DNA of 64,000 bases, from contig NC_092376.1 of assembly GCF_030028105.1 (NCBI RefSeq), positions 116,620,230 through 116,684,229 of the forward strand. Reading direction: 5' to 3'. Source of the DNA: Mobula birostris. Lineage: Eukaryota. The position numbers were made by a program, and so were the translations under genes. The notes under the pieces are model-generated. The model was given only the letters and a program-made list of their open reading frames with translations. It searched no databases and was not told the DNA's origin. Below, one piece after another: positions 47,637-61,914 of this stretch. The stretch's first letter is position 1. The number at the start of each line of letters is the position of its first letter.

Positions 47637-47945
47637 AGGTGTTGGTTCATGGCCAAGTAGTTAAGGTGTGGGTCTAGTGATCTGAAGGTCACTAGTTTGA
47701 GCCTCAGATGAAGCAGCGTGTTGTGTCCTTGAGCAAGGCACTTAACCACACATTGCTCTGTGATGACACCAGTGCCAAGCTGTATTGGCCCTAGTACCCT
47801 TCCCTTAGACAACATCGGTGACGTGGAGAGGGGAGACTTGCAGCATGGGCAACTGCCGGTCTTCCATACAACCTTGCTTAGGCCTGCGCCCTGGAAACCT
47901 TCCAAGGCACAAATCCATGGTCTCATGAGACTAACGGATGTCTAT
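47637..47945 (+). mobile_element. tRNA-derived SINE (V-SINE-like)
   Basis: A-box-like tggccaagtagttaa, B-box-like gtttgagcc, central tgtgtccttgagcaaggcacttaacc. Confidence 0.65.
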
Positions 47946-48106
47946 GTGTATGTTAAAGATCTGGCATTCCAAAGATTATTTCATTGTCAAAGTATGCATG
48001 TACAATACAACTCTGGAACAAGCAATGCAGAAAAAGATAATCTTGTCCTCTCAGTGAAATTTTATGAATAATAACACATCTTCTGGATAAAAAGTTATTT
48101 ACTCAC

Positions 48107-48165
48107 AGGTAAATGTGGAGTTGAACTGGAATCTCTGGGAGATGTAGACAGAGAGGTTGTAAGAT
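48107..48165 (-). CDS. Mucin (Ser/Thr/Pro-rich) exon of TIM copy 3
   Basis: cattacAG acceptor, GTGAGT donor; phase 1 to 0, DLTTSLSTSPRDSSSTPHLP; phases fit IgV upstream and TM downstream. Confidence 0.7.
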
Positions 48166-48619
48166 CTGTAATGACAGTTGTAAGAATGAAATGTGCAGAA
48201 ATCAGAACAAGATGGTATTGAGTGTAAAAACAGTCTTACCCAGATATTGAGATAATTTGCCAAAACTTCCAGACCCATGTTTCAGAACATAGAACAGTAC
48301 AGCACATAAACAGGCTCTTCAACTCATAATGTAGTCCCAAACCAAATAAATTAGTAATAAAATAGCCAACTAAACTAAACCCTCATGCCTACTACTGCCT
48401 GAAGAAACTACTGTCTACAAATTAGTGGACTTGGATGAATCAAAGGCAGGGGAAGTAGACAAACCAATTGTCATTATTTCCCCCCCACCCAATTTGTGAA
48501 CTCTGAACTGAGTCTTGCTCTGTGGTAATTTAATCAGATCAATTGAATGTGGACACAAGTAGCTTCAGCTAATGACCTGCTAAACCTGAGGCCATTCTCA
48601 GATGGGTAGCTATTTATTA

Positions 48620-49143
48620 TGTAAAGTGGTAGATTTACCAGAGAAGTGATGTTTGGGTTACTTAGTTTAACTGGTTTGGACCAGTCAGAGTTGAAAGACA
48701 CAAATACATAAGGCTGGGGTGGACAAAAACATGAAACAATGTTGGTTATAACCCTGGACTAGAACCAGTAAGAAGATGACCCAGGTGGGCCACGTGACCT
48801 TGAGCCAATGGATGGAGATCCACCAGTTCAACTGATGAGGTACACCATAAAAGTCAGGCGATTCAAATACGTTACAGCGATAACTCTCCAGCAACCAGAG
48901 ATCAACAATTGCAGATGAGGAGGATCCCACGGACATGTGGAGATCAGGACCATGAGGAGCGCCTGGCCAGCATAGACTCCTTTTGCTGGTAGTACCTTTT
49001 CCGTTCACTGACTGTTCATGGAGGCTCTGGGAATTCTGGTGGATGTGTAGACAAGTAGTTAGTTCGTGAACCCACATACTTTTTAGTTTAGACAATAAAG
49101 GTTATTTGTAGGCAAATAGAGATTCTTTCTGATCATTGTTACA
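48620..49143 (+). mobile_element. Probable solo LTR
   Basis: TGTAA...TTACA termini, CCAAT, cataaaag and AATAAA in order; TSD not clean. Confidence 0.5.
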
Positions 49144-50204
49144 ATGGGTGATTCTTATAACAAGGTCCCTCAACCCACAATGTAGTGGCAAAACAAATAA
49201 ATTAAGCACATATTCCTATCCTTCTCTCAACGAAGTCTCTGCAATGGTCAGAACATCATAATTCCATGTACTGATCCATGCTCCAGTTCATCATCTTTAT
49301 CCATAATACTCCTAGCATTAAATTACACACACTTCAAACTATCTGTTGCATCTGCCTATTACTTTTCTCCTGCCTGTTTTTACTGGCCCTGACATCTACC
49401 TTCCTCTGCATCCCTCCACTTTCTGACCTGGTGTTCTGGTTCCAATCCCCGGCCAAACTAATTTAAGCCATCCTGAGTAGCACTGGCAAACCTCCTGGCC
49501 AAGAAATTGGTTCTCCTCCACTTTAGGTGCCTCATGTCCTTTATGTTCAGGTCACCCCTGGTCCAGAAGAGGTTCCAATGATCCAAGAACCTGAAACCCT
49601 GCCCCTGCACTAGTTCCATAGCCATTCATTCATCTGTACTATCATCCTATTCTTGCTCTAACTAGCAGGTGAAACAGGGATTAAACCAGAAATTATTGCC
49701 TTGGAGGTCCTGCTCTTCAGCCTTTTTCCTATCTCCCTATACATAATTCCTGGGGAATCAATTTTCCTTGGGCTTCTGCATTCCACTAATTTGGTCAGAT
49801 ATTACCAGTAAGTCAAGGAGTCTGTTACATCCTCTACCTCTGAGTTCAGTGCTTTTCCCCAGGAAGAGATTGAAATAAGTAATGAGAATGTTCCAAGGTG
49901 AGAATTAGAGTCAAGTGAAAAAGGCATTCTGTCATTAACGAGCCGTTGACATTATCGTGGTAACTCATGGGTACTACAGAGATCACTATTACATTGTACA
50001 TTTTATATTGTAGCATCCTGCCACTTTCACCCAGCGCATTATCCATACTACATGTACATCAATTAACAACAAAGACAGAATCAATATTTCTTGTGTTACT
50101 TCATATGTTTTCAGCAGGCGGAAGAGCACTATTCATTCAATCAAAGCAATATAATCTCTCCAAACAAATGTTCCCCATGTAAATGAAGGAAACTCAAGCA
50201 CCTG

Positions 50205-50312
50205 GGGAACCGAGGTGACCTTCTTATATGGAGCATCGGAGCTCAGGGTTGAACCTGGGTCACAGGATCTGTGGGACAGTTACAGAAACTGCTACACTGC
50301 TGCACCACCATT
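50205..50312 (-). mobile_element. tRNA-derived SINE head after IgV of copy 3
   Basis: ggtggtgcagcagtgtagc head; B box GGTTCAACCC at 50246-50255; same intronic position as in copies 1 and 2. Confidence 0.6.
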
Positions 50313-50347
50313 GATGAGACAGATACATGGAATATTGAACTGCTTGC

Positions 50348-50606
50348 TGTCCAAAACCAGAAGATTCAAGTTCATTTTCCGATCATTAAACAGTCCAAGA
50401 ATTTCCACACGGCAGCAATACCAGCCACTAACTCCTCCCTGTCGATCACTTGTAGTGTGTGATACATCTCCATCCCCGATTCTACCACCAAGATGATAGC
50501 CTTGGGATGTCACAGAAGTTACTCTGTCTCCATTCATTCTAACCAGTAACAAGCCAATGTCACAAATAGTACTGTCTGGTACGAGAAGAGGGAGCACAAC
50601 CGCAGT
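50348..50606 (-). pseudogene. TIM IgV exon of copy 3, internally deleted and frameshifted
   Basis: tttcAG acceptor; 259 nt versus 348 (B-strand Cys and C-strand Trp lost); ...GDGDVS..SGWYCCRVEILGLFNDRK..VLD; donor changed to GC. Confidence 0.85.
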
Positions 50607-50839
50607 CTGAAATCTTGTCCCTACACTGAGAAACAGATCGAATTACCAGCAGGGCAGGATCTGAGGAATGCTATAGAAAATTTCTACCTATTCACTGGGA
50701 TGTTAGCTGCTTACACCTCCCTCACTTCTCAAATTTGTCCTCAGACAGGTGGTGGCAATCAGCTTTCTTCAGTCCCGGCCTTTCCATAGCAGACTTGATA
50801 CAGTTGACTGTCTTGTGGTGCCATTTCAGTTGCTAATCT

Positions 50840-52260
50840 GTCACCAAAAGCGGACCTTCTCCAGGCATTTGAAATATTAACTGCTGCCATCAACAAGCAA
50901 GAAATTGTCCACCTGAATCGTCGTTCGGAATTTCAATCAGGCTTATTTGAAGAAATCTCTGCCCAGTTATCGTCAGCATTTAACCTGCAGCACCAGGGGT
51001 CCCAACCACTGCTACACCTCAATTAGGAAAGCCTGCTGTTCCATGCCTAGACTACATTTTGAGAAATCTGATCACTTGGTTGTCCTTCTCCTACCTGCAT
51101 ACAGGCAGATTCTAAAGATCAAAGCTCCAGTGATGAGCACAACAAAGAGGTGGTTGCAGGAGGCAAAGTTGTGGCTATGGGATTGCTTCAAGTCAGTGGA
51201 TGGGCCATGTTCAAGGACTCATCAAAAGATCTGAATGAATACACCACTGTGGTGACGGAGTTTATTAAAACAATTGTAGATGGGCATGTCCCCATAAAAT
51301 CATTTAGAGTTTTCCCCAACCAGAAGTGCTGGATGAACTTTGAGCTCCCCAATCTGCTGAGGGCTACTGTAGATCAGTGTCACTCAGGTATGGTAGCCAA
51401 ATAAGATACAAGGTGCACAGTTACAATCTCTGGAAAGCCATCTCACATGTGAAGTGGCAATCTGGAACAAGCATGAGTCACTGGGGATGCTCGACAGCTA
51501 CAGCAGGGCTTGAATGCTATTATATCTTACAAACTGAAACCAAGCGACATAGGTGACAAAGCAACACGCACAAAATGCTGGAGGAATGCAGCAGGTCAGG
51601 CAGCATCTATGGAAATACACAAAGAGTTGACATTTTGGCCAAGGCCCTTCTTCAGGGCTCGGAGATGACAACAAGGTTTCACTCCCAGATGAGCTCAATG
51701 CCTTCTGTACTTGCTTTGGCTCTCAAAGCATTGAGGAAACTTCACAAACTCCCACAGCCCACGATGACCCTGTGATTTCAGTCTCTGAAGCAAACGTGAG
51801 TGCGTCCTGAAGGAGGGTGAACCCACAAAAAGCATCTGACCCAGAGGGGGTACCTGGTGCTAATCAACGGACTGGATATCTTTAAACTCTTGCTTGAACA
51901 GTCTGAGGTACGCAACTGCTTCAAGCAGGCTTCAATTATATTGTTGCCTCAGAAGATTGTGGTAACCTGCCTGAATAGCTAACAACCAGCAGCACTTACA
52001 TCCACTGTGATGAAGTACTTTGAGAGGTTGGTGATGAAACGTATCATCTCCTGCCTGAGAGGCTACTTGATTTGCTCCAATTAGCTTTCCATGTCATTCT
52101 CCACAATAAATACTGACAGAAAGCACTGTATATATTTCTTCAGGGTCTGAAATGTGACCCCGCATTACCTAATGATTTGATCTGTATGAACAGTATGCAA
52201 AATAAGCATTTCACTGTAAAAACACATGTGACAACAAATAAACCGATACCAATTCTAATG
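50840..52260 (+). mobile_element. Decayed Rex1-like LINE with nested Penelope pLTR fragment (~51558-51660)
   Basis: SDHLVVLLLPAYRQ, FPNQKCW, KASDPEG-like and tgtgatgaagtactttgagagg remnants. Confidence 0.75.
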
Positions 52261-53809
52261 AAGACCTCGCCCATTTACCATGACTCAGAATTTAGATTAC
52301 CACAGTGATCCATGGAAGGATAATTCTTCCTCCAGTTGCTTTTTCATTCTTAGTATACTTGTGGAATCTTTGATAATCTCCATTATTTTATCAGCCAGAG
52401 ATATCTTGTAGCCCCCTTCTAATTTCATTCCCCAGTGTTCTCCTACATCCAATATTATAATTGCTTGAAGTAAGCTGCCTATACCTATCACTTGCCTCCT
52501 TTTTTTGCACCAGATCCTCCATATCCTTTATCACTGGGTTCTCTAATTTTACCAGCCTTGCACATCACCATAACAGGAACATGCTGCTGCTGAAGTCTTC
52601 CTGTCGCACAGTTAAGTTCCTCCCACTTGCCAGATGTCCCCTTACGTGCAAGCAGCCTCTACCAATCAACTTTTAAGAATTCCTGTCTGATGCTATCAGA
52701 ATAAGCCTGACCCCAGTTTACGACATTATATTGAATCATATCAAAAGCTAATATAATTATGGTCACTGATCACAAAGTGCTCCCCCACCACTGAGCAAAT
52801 CAACCACTTGCCCACCTCATTTCCTAGGGAGAGGTCAAGTCTAGCCCCTTCTCTAGACAGGGAAGGAAATGTTTTACCTATATGTGGTTTTTGAGGAGAT
52901 GTTAGGTTAATTAATGAGAGTGGATGCTGTTGACTTCAATTTCAGTAAAGCGAATGACAAGGTGCTTCAGAGTAGGCTGATCTAGAAGATTAAGGACCAT
53001 GGGATCGACAGAGACCTGGCCAGAGAATACTTTATCTAAGTTAAAGCCACCATAATTGTTAATGTTCTACACATGAACATTTAAATTGAAAGCAATTTCG
53101 AGGCCTCCTTGCCCACTTTGAAGATCGATAGTTAAATTGTGCAGTTTACACAAATAAAGAAGCATTAATGTCATTGTTTAGAAGATAAATTGTACCGCCT
53201 GGAAGATGCAGACTGACCCTGGTAAGCAGATGGAGCAATGTCATTTCCATGGTCTGCAGACAAGGACTTAATTGTGGGTGAAGCAGATGTTGTGCTGGTT
53301 CCTGCAACAGAAGAAAAGTTAATTTACTTTCATGTCAGTGAACTCATTCATTTTTCTCAATCAATAACTCACATAGAACTAAATGAGGGCTGGGTTAGCT
53401 CTGGAGAACCAGTAAGTGTGATGGATATGCAGGTTCAAAGTGCCTTTCTCATTCCCACAATTAGGCAAAAAAAACTTTGAATTTGCGCTGATGCACAGGA
53501 ATGCTCTTGTTACAGAAATAAAACAGTGAAGTAAACAGAATGTCTTTGAATTGGGAGTCAGTAAGTGCTGGGTCAAATGTAATTCTACGGAGGACCCAGT
53601 TACTTACACTCTTTTGGCGAGGATGAGTGAAAAATGGCAACGTGCTACGGGTGGCTTACAAAACTTCAAAATATACTTCTTCTGAATGACCCTCACTGCT
53701 GTCCGTAGACTGTAATTTCCCTTTAACATCATGTTAAACCATTTAGAAGAATTAGTCATTTCACAATCTTCTGAAGAACTCAGCGGACTTAACTCTCAAG
53801 CAAGCAGGT

Positions 53810-54230
53810 ATGGCATCCTTAAGCAGACAAAGGTAGATCGCCATGGTTGGATGAGAGGGAGGAGGGGAAGACTCTAAGCTAGAGTGAAACATCAGGGCAT
53901 GAAATTTACTCTACACAGTATATTGTTAGCAAATGTACAGTCGATGGAGAACAAGATTGAGGACCTAAGGGCAAGATTACTGTATCAGAGGGAAATGAGG
54001 AATTGTCACATTCTCTGTTTCATGGAGACGAGGCTTACTTCAGACATACTGGATAAATCTGTGAGACCCAATGACTTCTCAATACACAGGATGGACTGGA
54101 CTGCTGATTCAGAGAAGGCAATAGATGGGGGCCTGTGTTTCATAATAAACTCTTTGTGGTGCTTGGACACAATGGTCTTGTCGGACTCTTATTCCCCCGA
54201 CCTGGAACATCTAAGATCCCTTAAATGTTG
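53810..54230 (+). mobile_element. Rex1-like endonuclease fragment
   Basis: ORF 53884-54231 ILLANVQSMENK..LCFMET..GGLCFIIN. Confidence 0.8.
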
Positions 54231-55050
54231 AAATTGAGCTTGCATACACCACTTATACTGTCATCTCATTCCACACTCTCACGGCCCTCTGGGTGAAGAT
54301 GTTTCCCCTCATGTTCTTAGAATTTTCACCTTTCACACTTAACCCATGTCCCAACCAACCTCAGGTGAAAAAGCCTGCTTGAATTAACCTTATCTATACC
54401 TCTCAGAATGCTGTATACCTCTATCCAATCTCCTCTTGATCTTCTACATTCTAGGGAATAAAGTCCTAACCTGTTCAATTTTTCCTTATAATTCAGGTCC
54501 TCCAGGTATAGCAACATCCTTGTAAATTTTCTCTGCACTCTTTCAATCTTGTTTACATATTTCCTATAGGCAAGTGACCAAAACTGCACACAATACTCAA
54601 AATTAGGCCTCACCAACATCTTATGCAATTTCAACATAACATTGATTTTTGGAGGCCAATGTGCAAAAGCTTTCTTTATGGCCCTATCTACCCATGACAG
54701 CACTTTCAACGAATTACGGACCTGTATTTGCAGATCCCTTTTGTTCTACCACAATCCTCATTGCTCCACCAGTCACTGTGTAAGATTGGTCCTGCCAAAG
54801 TGCAAAACTTCACACTTGTCTGCATTAAATTCCATCTTCAGTGGAAAGTCTCTTGTTGCTTGTTACAAATTTCCATACTATTCTCACTTTCATATGAACC
54901 ACCTGGTTTATATCTGCTTTTCCTCACAAAATATAACACGTCACACTTCTGAGCATCTATCACCCATTCCTCCATCCAGTTCCTGATGTCCACTATTGTC
55001 TACTTCATGATTCACAATGCAGCCAAGTTTTACACCATCTGTATATTTTG
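54230..55050 (-). mobile_element. CR1 3' RT fragment
   Basis: ORF 54326-54709 [27 protein letters not shown]. Confidence 0.85.
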
Positions 55051-56337
55051 AAAATATGATCTATTCTTTCCCTCACCGTTGGCGCTACTTATTTAATTAA
55101 ATGTTTTATATATACTTACTATAATTTACAGTTTTTATTTCTTATTTACTATCTTTTATATTATATTAACCTTGCTGAAAAATCTATAATTGAGTATAGA
55201 GTAATAAAGCATGGAAATAGGCCCATGTCATTCATGCCAACCAAGGTGTGCACCTAAGCTACTCGTACTTGCAAATCTAACACATTATGAAATGCTCAGT
55301 GATAATTCGACCTCTTGAAAAACTGTGTCACATTAATTAGACACCATTAGTTTTTAACAAAGACACACTGGATGTTTCTAAACAATCCACACTTGTCGCA
55401 GTGATTACTGATTCTGTACCTTTTCCAACACTTTCTCCATTTCAAAGCTAAGATACTTTTCATTTTCTTTAAGATGACTGATTTATTGTCTCCAGGTTTT
55501 GCACAGCTGTAGAAAAAGCTACTTTGGGTGATTTTTGATTAAAATGTTACAATGTCTGGAGTTGGTCACACAATCTGATAAAGACCAAATGGTCTCAATA
55601 ACCTAAAAAATGGATTTTAGCCTAAAAAATAGATTTTAGCCTAAAACTTGTGATTGAGACAATATTTTCTGTTTCTTTTACACTAATGCTGAATATCCTT
55701 GCATAGTCAGTTAGGGAATGCACATCCTATGTGGAACATGCATCTATTCCAACTTTTGCTAAACTTGTGAGATTAATAAACCATTTTCTCCCTACAGACT
55801 CACTTTCTGCTACAATTCTCTTGAACAATTTACAACAGGTTGTTGATCTTCTGCACTGGATTTCTCTTTCCCATTGCCAGTGTATTGTTTCTCACTTCTA
55901 TAAACAACAAATGGGACAATGAGGAGTATTATTTGAAAAGCCACAGGCAATCACAAAGAACATTCTTGCTGGTTTGTTACATGACGTGGAACTCTGTCAC
56001 TCTGAGTAAGTTTAAAATCAGGATCAATAACAAAAGTATTTGCACCACTCAAGTCATTGGAAACATTACTGGAATCAACATGTCATTGCGAATGAAATAC
56101 CTGATAATTAAAATGTGAGAGAAAATTTAACAAACTTTGCAGGCAAATGTCAACAATTTAGTTTGTGTTTAAAATCTCTCAACTACAGTCATATAGTGCT
56201 TGTTTCAGAATCTCTAGTATACCTGCCTATGTGCAGTCCACAATAAATGCAAGGCAACCTTTAAAATTCCCAATATGGAAACAGTTATTATTGGATCTGT
56301 TAAAGCAATTTGTACTGGGAGTAAACTTGTGCTGAGA

Positions 56338-56380
56338 GATATATAGAAAGAGATATATACAGATATATATATATATACAT

Positions 56381-56413
<33 letters not shown>

Positions 56414-56512
56414 TAGAGAGAGGGAGAGATAGAGAAAGAGAGAGAGAGATAGCGAAAGGGATAGAGACAGATAGAGATAGAGAAAGATAGAGATTGAGGA
56501 AGAAAGAAAGAA
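56338..56512. repeat. Compound (TA)n/(GA)n microsatellite
   Basis: Direct reading of the dinucleotide tract. Confidence 0.95.
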
Positions 56513-57886
56513 GCCAAGCAGAATAGGCTCCATTTAATCCCACTCTTATTCTCCTGCCAATAAAAGAGCTAATCCTCTTTCCATGCTAGTAACAGTGTCA
56601 GTGGCTGTATTTCAGTTTCAAATTCAATTGTCATTCAACTATGCACACATATACAGCCAAATAAAGAAGCATTCCTCCAGAGCCACGTGGCAAAACACAG
56701 TTCCAATAGTCACACACATCACACAGCACGTATAAGACATATACCGTAGTTATGATTTCAGAAAAGCATACAGTCACAAAAAGATAATATAGCCCAAGTC
56801 AGTGTCATGGCCTATAGATTGATGGTGCATGTGATATTATCATGGAGCCACGTTTCCACAAGAACAAGCACGCAGCAGTTCCTCATCATGAACTAGTGCA
56901 GCCACAAACCAAAGCAATCCAGCTTGACTTCCGCTGAGTGAACACTAGCGAGTAGCACCAACAGGAGAACCGACCTACAGGGGTCAGCTTCAACCCAGCA
57001 TAGATATTAGTGTGCCCGCCGAGTCTCTGCTCTCTCCTACACTGCCTCCTGCGTCATCTCCCCTGGCCAGCTGCAACAGGAGTCATCACAGTACGAGACC
57101 TGGTTCACACAACAACCAAGGCCACGCATCTGCCCTCCTGTTGCTCTCGCTAATGAACCCCAATGCAGTATTTCACATTATCAATTTCCAGCAGGGACTT
57201 GCGATTATAAGAAAAGTGCCAGACAATCATTTGCACAGTTTATTGGACCATGCACTGCCTCTGATGCCTTCTTCCCTGTGTGGCTGTAGCAGCTGATGTC
57301 ACAGTATGCAAAAAGTCCAGCTCCCCCACTATCCAGCAATTCACTAGTGGGGTAGTCATGCAGTACTCAGTGTTCATAGTGTCCAGTAGTGTCTTATGAT
57401 CATAAAAAAGACAGAAAGGACAAACAATTACATGTTTGGTTAAATCCGAGAGCCGCTGTAACCAAGCGCACTGCCATCTCAATGGAGTTTGAAGAGATTT
57501 TCTGTGTCACCAAAGACACTGGCAAATTATGACAGATGTACCACGGACAGCATTCTAACTGGTTACTTCACTATCAGGTATCAATGAACCATAGCATGGA
57601 TCAGAAAAATCTGCAGAAGGCTGCAAACTCAGCCAGCTTCATTACTGGTTCCATCCTCCCCAGCATCAAGGACATCTTCAAAAACTGATTCCTCATAAAG
57701 GCAACATCCATCATTAAGTGGCCCCACCACCCAGGGGATGGCCTCATCTCATTGCTACCATCAACGAGGAAGTACAGGAGCTTTAAGACACATACTCAGT
57801 GGAGGGGAACAGCTTCTTCCCCTCCTCCATCCATGAACACTGCTTCTCTAATTCTGCACTACTTGTTTTATATTATATATATATAA

Positions 57887-59680
57887 TATCATCATCATCA
57901 TCAAGTGCCATGCCCAGTTTGAGCTTTGACTGCCATGACCCACATGCTCCTGTTTCGGGTCAAGTGGATCAATTCATTGGTATTCATTTCCAGTTCTCTG
58001 GCTGCTGTCCTCATCATCATTTGTCTTTGTCTTCCTCTTGCTTTCTTTCCTTCAATCTTTCCCATAATTACCATGCATTTTAACTCCTCTTTCTTAATCA
58101 CATGTCCAATGAAGTTACGTTGTCTTTTCATGATCTCATACATTACTTCTCTTTTTGTGTATGTTCTGTTCATGACATCCTCGTTAGATATTCGTTTCAT
58201 CCATGATATTCTTTGCATCCTCCTCAAAAACCACACCTCTGCTGCTACAATTCATTTCTTCATGTTACTAGACATTGTCCAATATTCTGAGCCATATAAC
58301 ATAGCTGGATAAATGTAACATTTCAGTACTCTGAGGCGGATTGTCATGCCTAGTTTAGTATTGGTAAGTATACACTTCATTCTCGTTAAGGTGTCTTTTT
58401 CCATCCCTATTCTTCTTTTGATGTCCAAGTCGCACCTGCCATCTGATGTCACCCAGCTTCCTAAGTAGCAAAAGTTCTGTACTTGTTTTACGTCTTCCCC
58501 GTTTATTCTCAGCCTGCAGATAGGATTCTCCTTCTTTTTGGATATCACCATACATTCTGTCTTTTTGCAATTGATAGATAGACCCATTTTTGCACTTTCT
58601 TCAGCAATTGTATCAATTAAGTTTTGTAGTTCTTCCTCCGTACTTGCAATTAACACAGCGTCATCTGTATATCTGAAATTATTGATGTTTTCACCACCAA
58701 CTTTGATTCCCAAGATGTCTCTTATTTTTTGTAATATTGCTTCACTGTACACATTAAATAAATCAGGGGAGAAAACACACCCTTGTCTAACGCCCCTCTT
58801 GATTTTCATAAACTGACTCACTTCTCCATCTATTCTTACAGCTGCAGTTTGTTCCCAGTACAGATTTCTGATTAGGCGGAGATCTTTCGAATCTAATCTA
58901 GAGTTTTCTGTAATATTTCAAATAACTCACTGTGCTTCACTTTATCAAATGCTTTTGTGTAGTCAATAAAACAAAGAAACAAATCTTTCTGCACTTGAAT
59001 TGCTAGTTCTGATAGTATCCTTAACATCAATATTACGTTTCTTGTACCTTTGTCTTTCACAAAACCACATTGTTCTTTACCTATTTCAGCTTGTATCTTA
59101 TTTTTAGCTCTTGTCATCAAAATTCTTAGAAGTATCTTGGTGATATGACTCATTAAACTTATGGTCCTATGTAATTCACATTCTATTGCTCCACCTTTCT
59201 TAGGAAGAGTGATAAATACTGATTTTTTAATCTCTGCTGGTATTATTATTATACATATAAGTTGCAAATATTCTTACTGCTTATTTCTCGCCAACTGTCA
59301 GTAACTGTAACAGTTCTGCTCCCCTCACTTGTGCTCTCATTCCTCCCCTCATATCAGCGGCAAGGACAGTGACCTCACCTTCCACGCCCCCACCCCACCA
59401 GCTTCTACATCCATCCTGGGTCATTTTCCCCATCATCAATATGTTGCCAATAGGACCTAACACTTTTCTCATCTCTCCAGGTGTACATCCTCTCTATAGT
59501 TACCAGGCTCAATATACTGCCTCCATCTCTACACAGTCCACCTCTTACAACTACCAATGCAGCTTCTGCGATGCAACGTCTGCCCAAGTACTGCTTCCCA
59601 TCACCATTTGTACTTCTTCCACATTGGTATATTAAATTTAGTTCTCACAATATGTTCTTCTCCATATTGGAAAGAACTCT
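57887..59680 (-). mobile_element. RTE-BovB-like LINE with (TGA)n tail
   Basis: ORFs 57901-59267: RTISLMSH, FIDYTKAFDKVKH, GVRQGCVFSPDLFN, RYTDD; atcatcatc tail at 57887. Confidence 0.9.
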
Positions 59681-61623
59681 AACTACGGATTTCTGAGTGT
59701 TTGCAAGAGAAAGAGGAAAGTACCAGATAATATAAATAGATATATAGTAGATGGCAATAGTAGATTTTTAATTTGATTAATTATTGGTCAGGAATGGAGA
59801 CAATTTCTTGTTATTGAAAATAACACCTTGGGATATTTTTATTCCAGTTCTGAGAGCTACGTAGTCATGAGGTGACTTCTAATCTAAAATACAAATTGGA
59901 TTATTAGTCAATGTCCAAGCCTGATTTGACATCAGCTTGACCAACATGGACCTCAGTATACATCACCATATTTTCAACATGTCAATCAACTATTTTTTAT
60001 GAATCTCTCCATGTTATTTAAACACCTTGAGAATGCCACGTGACAATCTCAGATGTACTGCACCAGAAAAGATTCACCCACACCGGAATGTTCAGCTGCT
60101 GTGTGAACACACAGGGTGCATTCTGATGCTCAGTGCCCCAGATCCAGGCTGTAGATATACAGTATATTCACTCTGTCTCAGATTGCTGTGCCTTCGATTT
60201 ATGAGAAACAAAGATAAGTAAGCAGTTTCTCGACAAGGACAGTAACTGTCTGAACACTGGGAGGTCAAAGGGCAGTTCAGATATTGTTATGATAGCACCC
60301 GACCACACCAGCTTCTGGGGTTTGGACACGCTGACTCTCCAGAATATTGATTGCTGATACAGTCTTTAAAGACTCAGACCTGATCTGCTAATTGGTGGCT
60401 ATGTCTTGATTCTAGTCTCTGATACTCCAGTACTTGGATGCTAACCATCCTTGTCAAAGTCTCTCATCACAGATATATTCTGAACAAATGGGCCACTGAC
60501 GTGTTCAAGCAATGAATCTATCATGAAGCCTCCAAATACATTGAGTATTCATTCCATTGAAGAGTGAGGGAAGGGTGGTGTGAATTGCTGTCTGTGACTC
60601 CAGTTATTCATTGTTCTCTCTCTATGGCGAGTATGTCCTTTCATTGTTTAGAAATCAAAACTCTCCACTACCTTCTCAGAGCACTCTTGCCAATGCTCTG
60701 TTAGTTAGCTAAAACCATCACCTCTACTGTGGCACAGGCCACCAAGAGTAACTCGCCAGAATCCTGTGTCCTGAGCCAGTATTTCAAACCATCCACAGGT
60801 GTAGCCATCATGGTGTATCCGTCCTCTCCCACGGATGAGGACTTAGGAGCTTCTGCTGGTGGTTACATAGCTCAGTGTTTTTACAAAATGGATTTGCTGG
60901 ACCAATGCCAAGATTCTGCACAACTACAACTTTGTTACTCTGAAAGTTCAACACTACCCAATCACAGAGTTTTTATTAAACTCTGCTTTTCCATTATTGG
61001 TACTAAAATGGATGATCTCCTATTTTTCTTCATTGTGTTCCATCCGCCAAGTCCTTGTCATTTCACTCAGCTTGTTTGTAAAGTCCTGTGGACATGCTTC
61101 CACATGGTGATTAAATCAGGATTACTTCTATTTGTATGATGGATTTGTTTACTGTGTTGCAAGTGTATGAACAGACACAGCACCATTAATATTGTCACAT
61201 TAAGATCTTTCCTTATTGGCACAATTTTGATTATTTTCAAGAACAAGAAATTATCACCATTCCTGCCCAAGAATTAATCAAATTAAAAGATCTACAATCA
61301 TGATCTATATCTGATCATCACCACATCCCTGTCTGTGGAAGAATCTTCCCATTTGTTGCTCAGTGAGAAAGGCACTTTGTAAAATGCACATCTTACTTTT
61401 GACTTCAATCGCAAACATTCCCAGTCTGTCCTTATACAAATCTAATCTTCACCTAATCACTTAATCTTAAGGTTCTAAACAGAAACAATTATATTAAAAG
61501 CAACTTCAAGGCACACTTGTTAACCTTTATTATTGACAGTGCAGTTTATCTAAATAAAAAGACATTAATATCAGGGATGTAAATAAGCAACATCATATCC
61601 ATGGTGTGTAATACAGCAATTAC

Positions 61624-61651
61624 TTCTGGTTAACAGAACTGTTGTGCTGGT
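61624..61651 (-). CDS. Candidate 28-nt paralogous micro-exon of an unseen TIM copy
   Basis: gttacacAG ... GTAATT; one base longer; phase-0 reading TSTTVLLTR. Confidence 0.3.
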
Positions 61652-61914
61652 CTGTGTAACACAAGGAATATTAAACCTATTTTTCTGTTGGTCAATGCTT
61701 AGTCAGAAACTGTTACTCACTCACATCAAGCTCAGACAATTTACAGCAAAGGTCAGTGGCAACAGGTCAAAATTGTGTATTTTGACTAGTAGAGGGTCTT
61801 TAAGCTGCCACTGTTAAGCACAATAAGAACATATTGGATTGGGATTAATATACTACTGTGCATTGGTTAACATAGAAAACGGAGATAGAATAAACAAATT
61901 ACCCTTGTCACAAA

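Noticed and set aside
53602-53730. Strong minus-strand GTAAGT donor as candidate exon 1 for TIM copy 3
   Set aside because: Upstream frame is not a signal peptide and ends in the wrong phase; exon 1 of copy 3 remains unfound.
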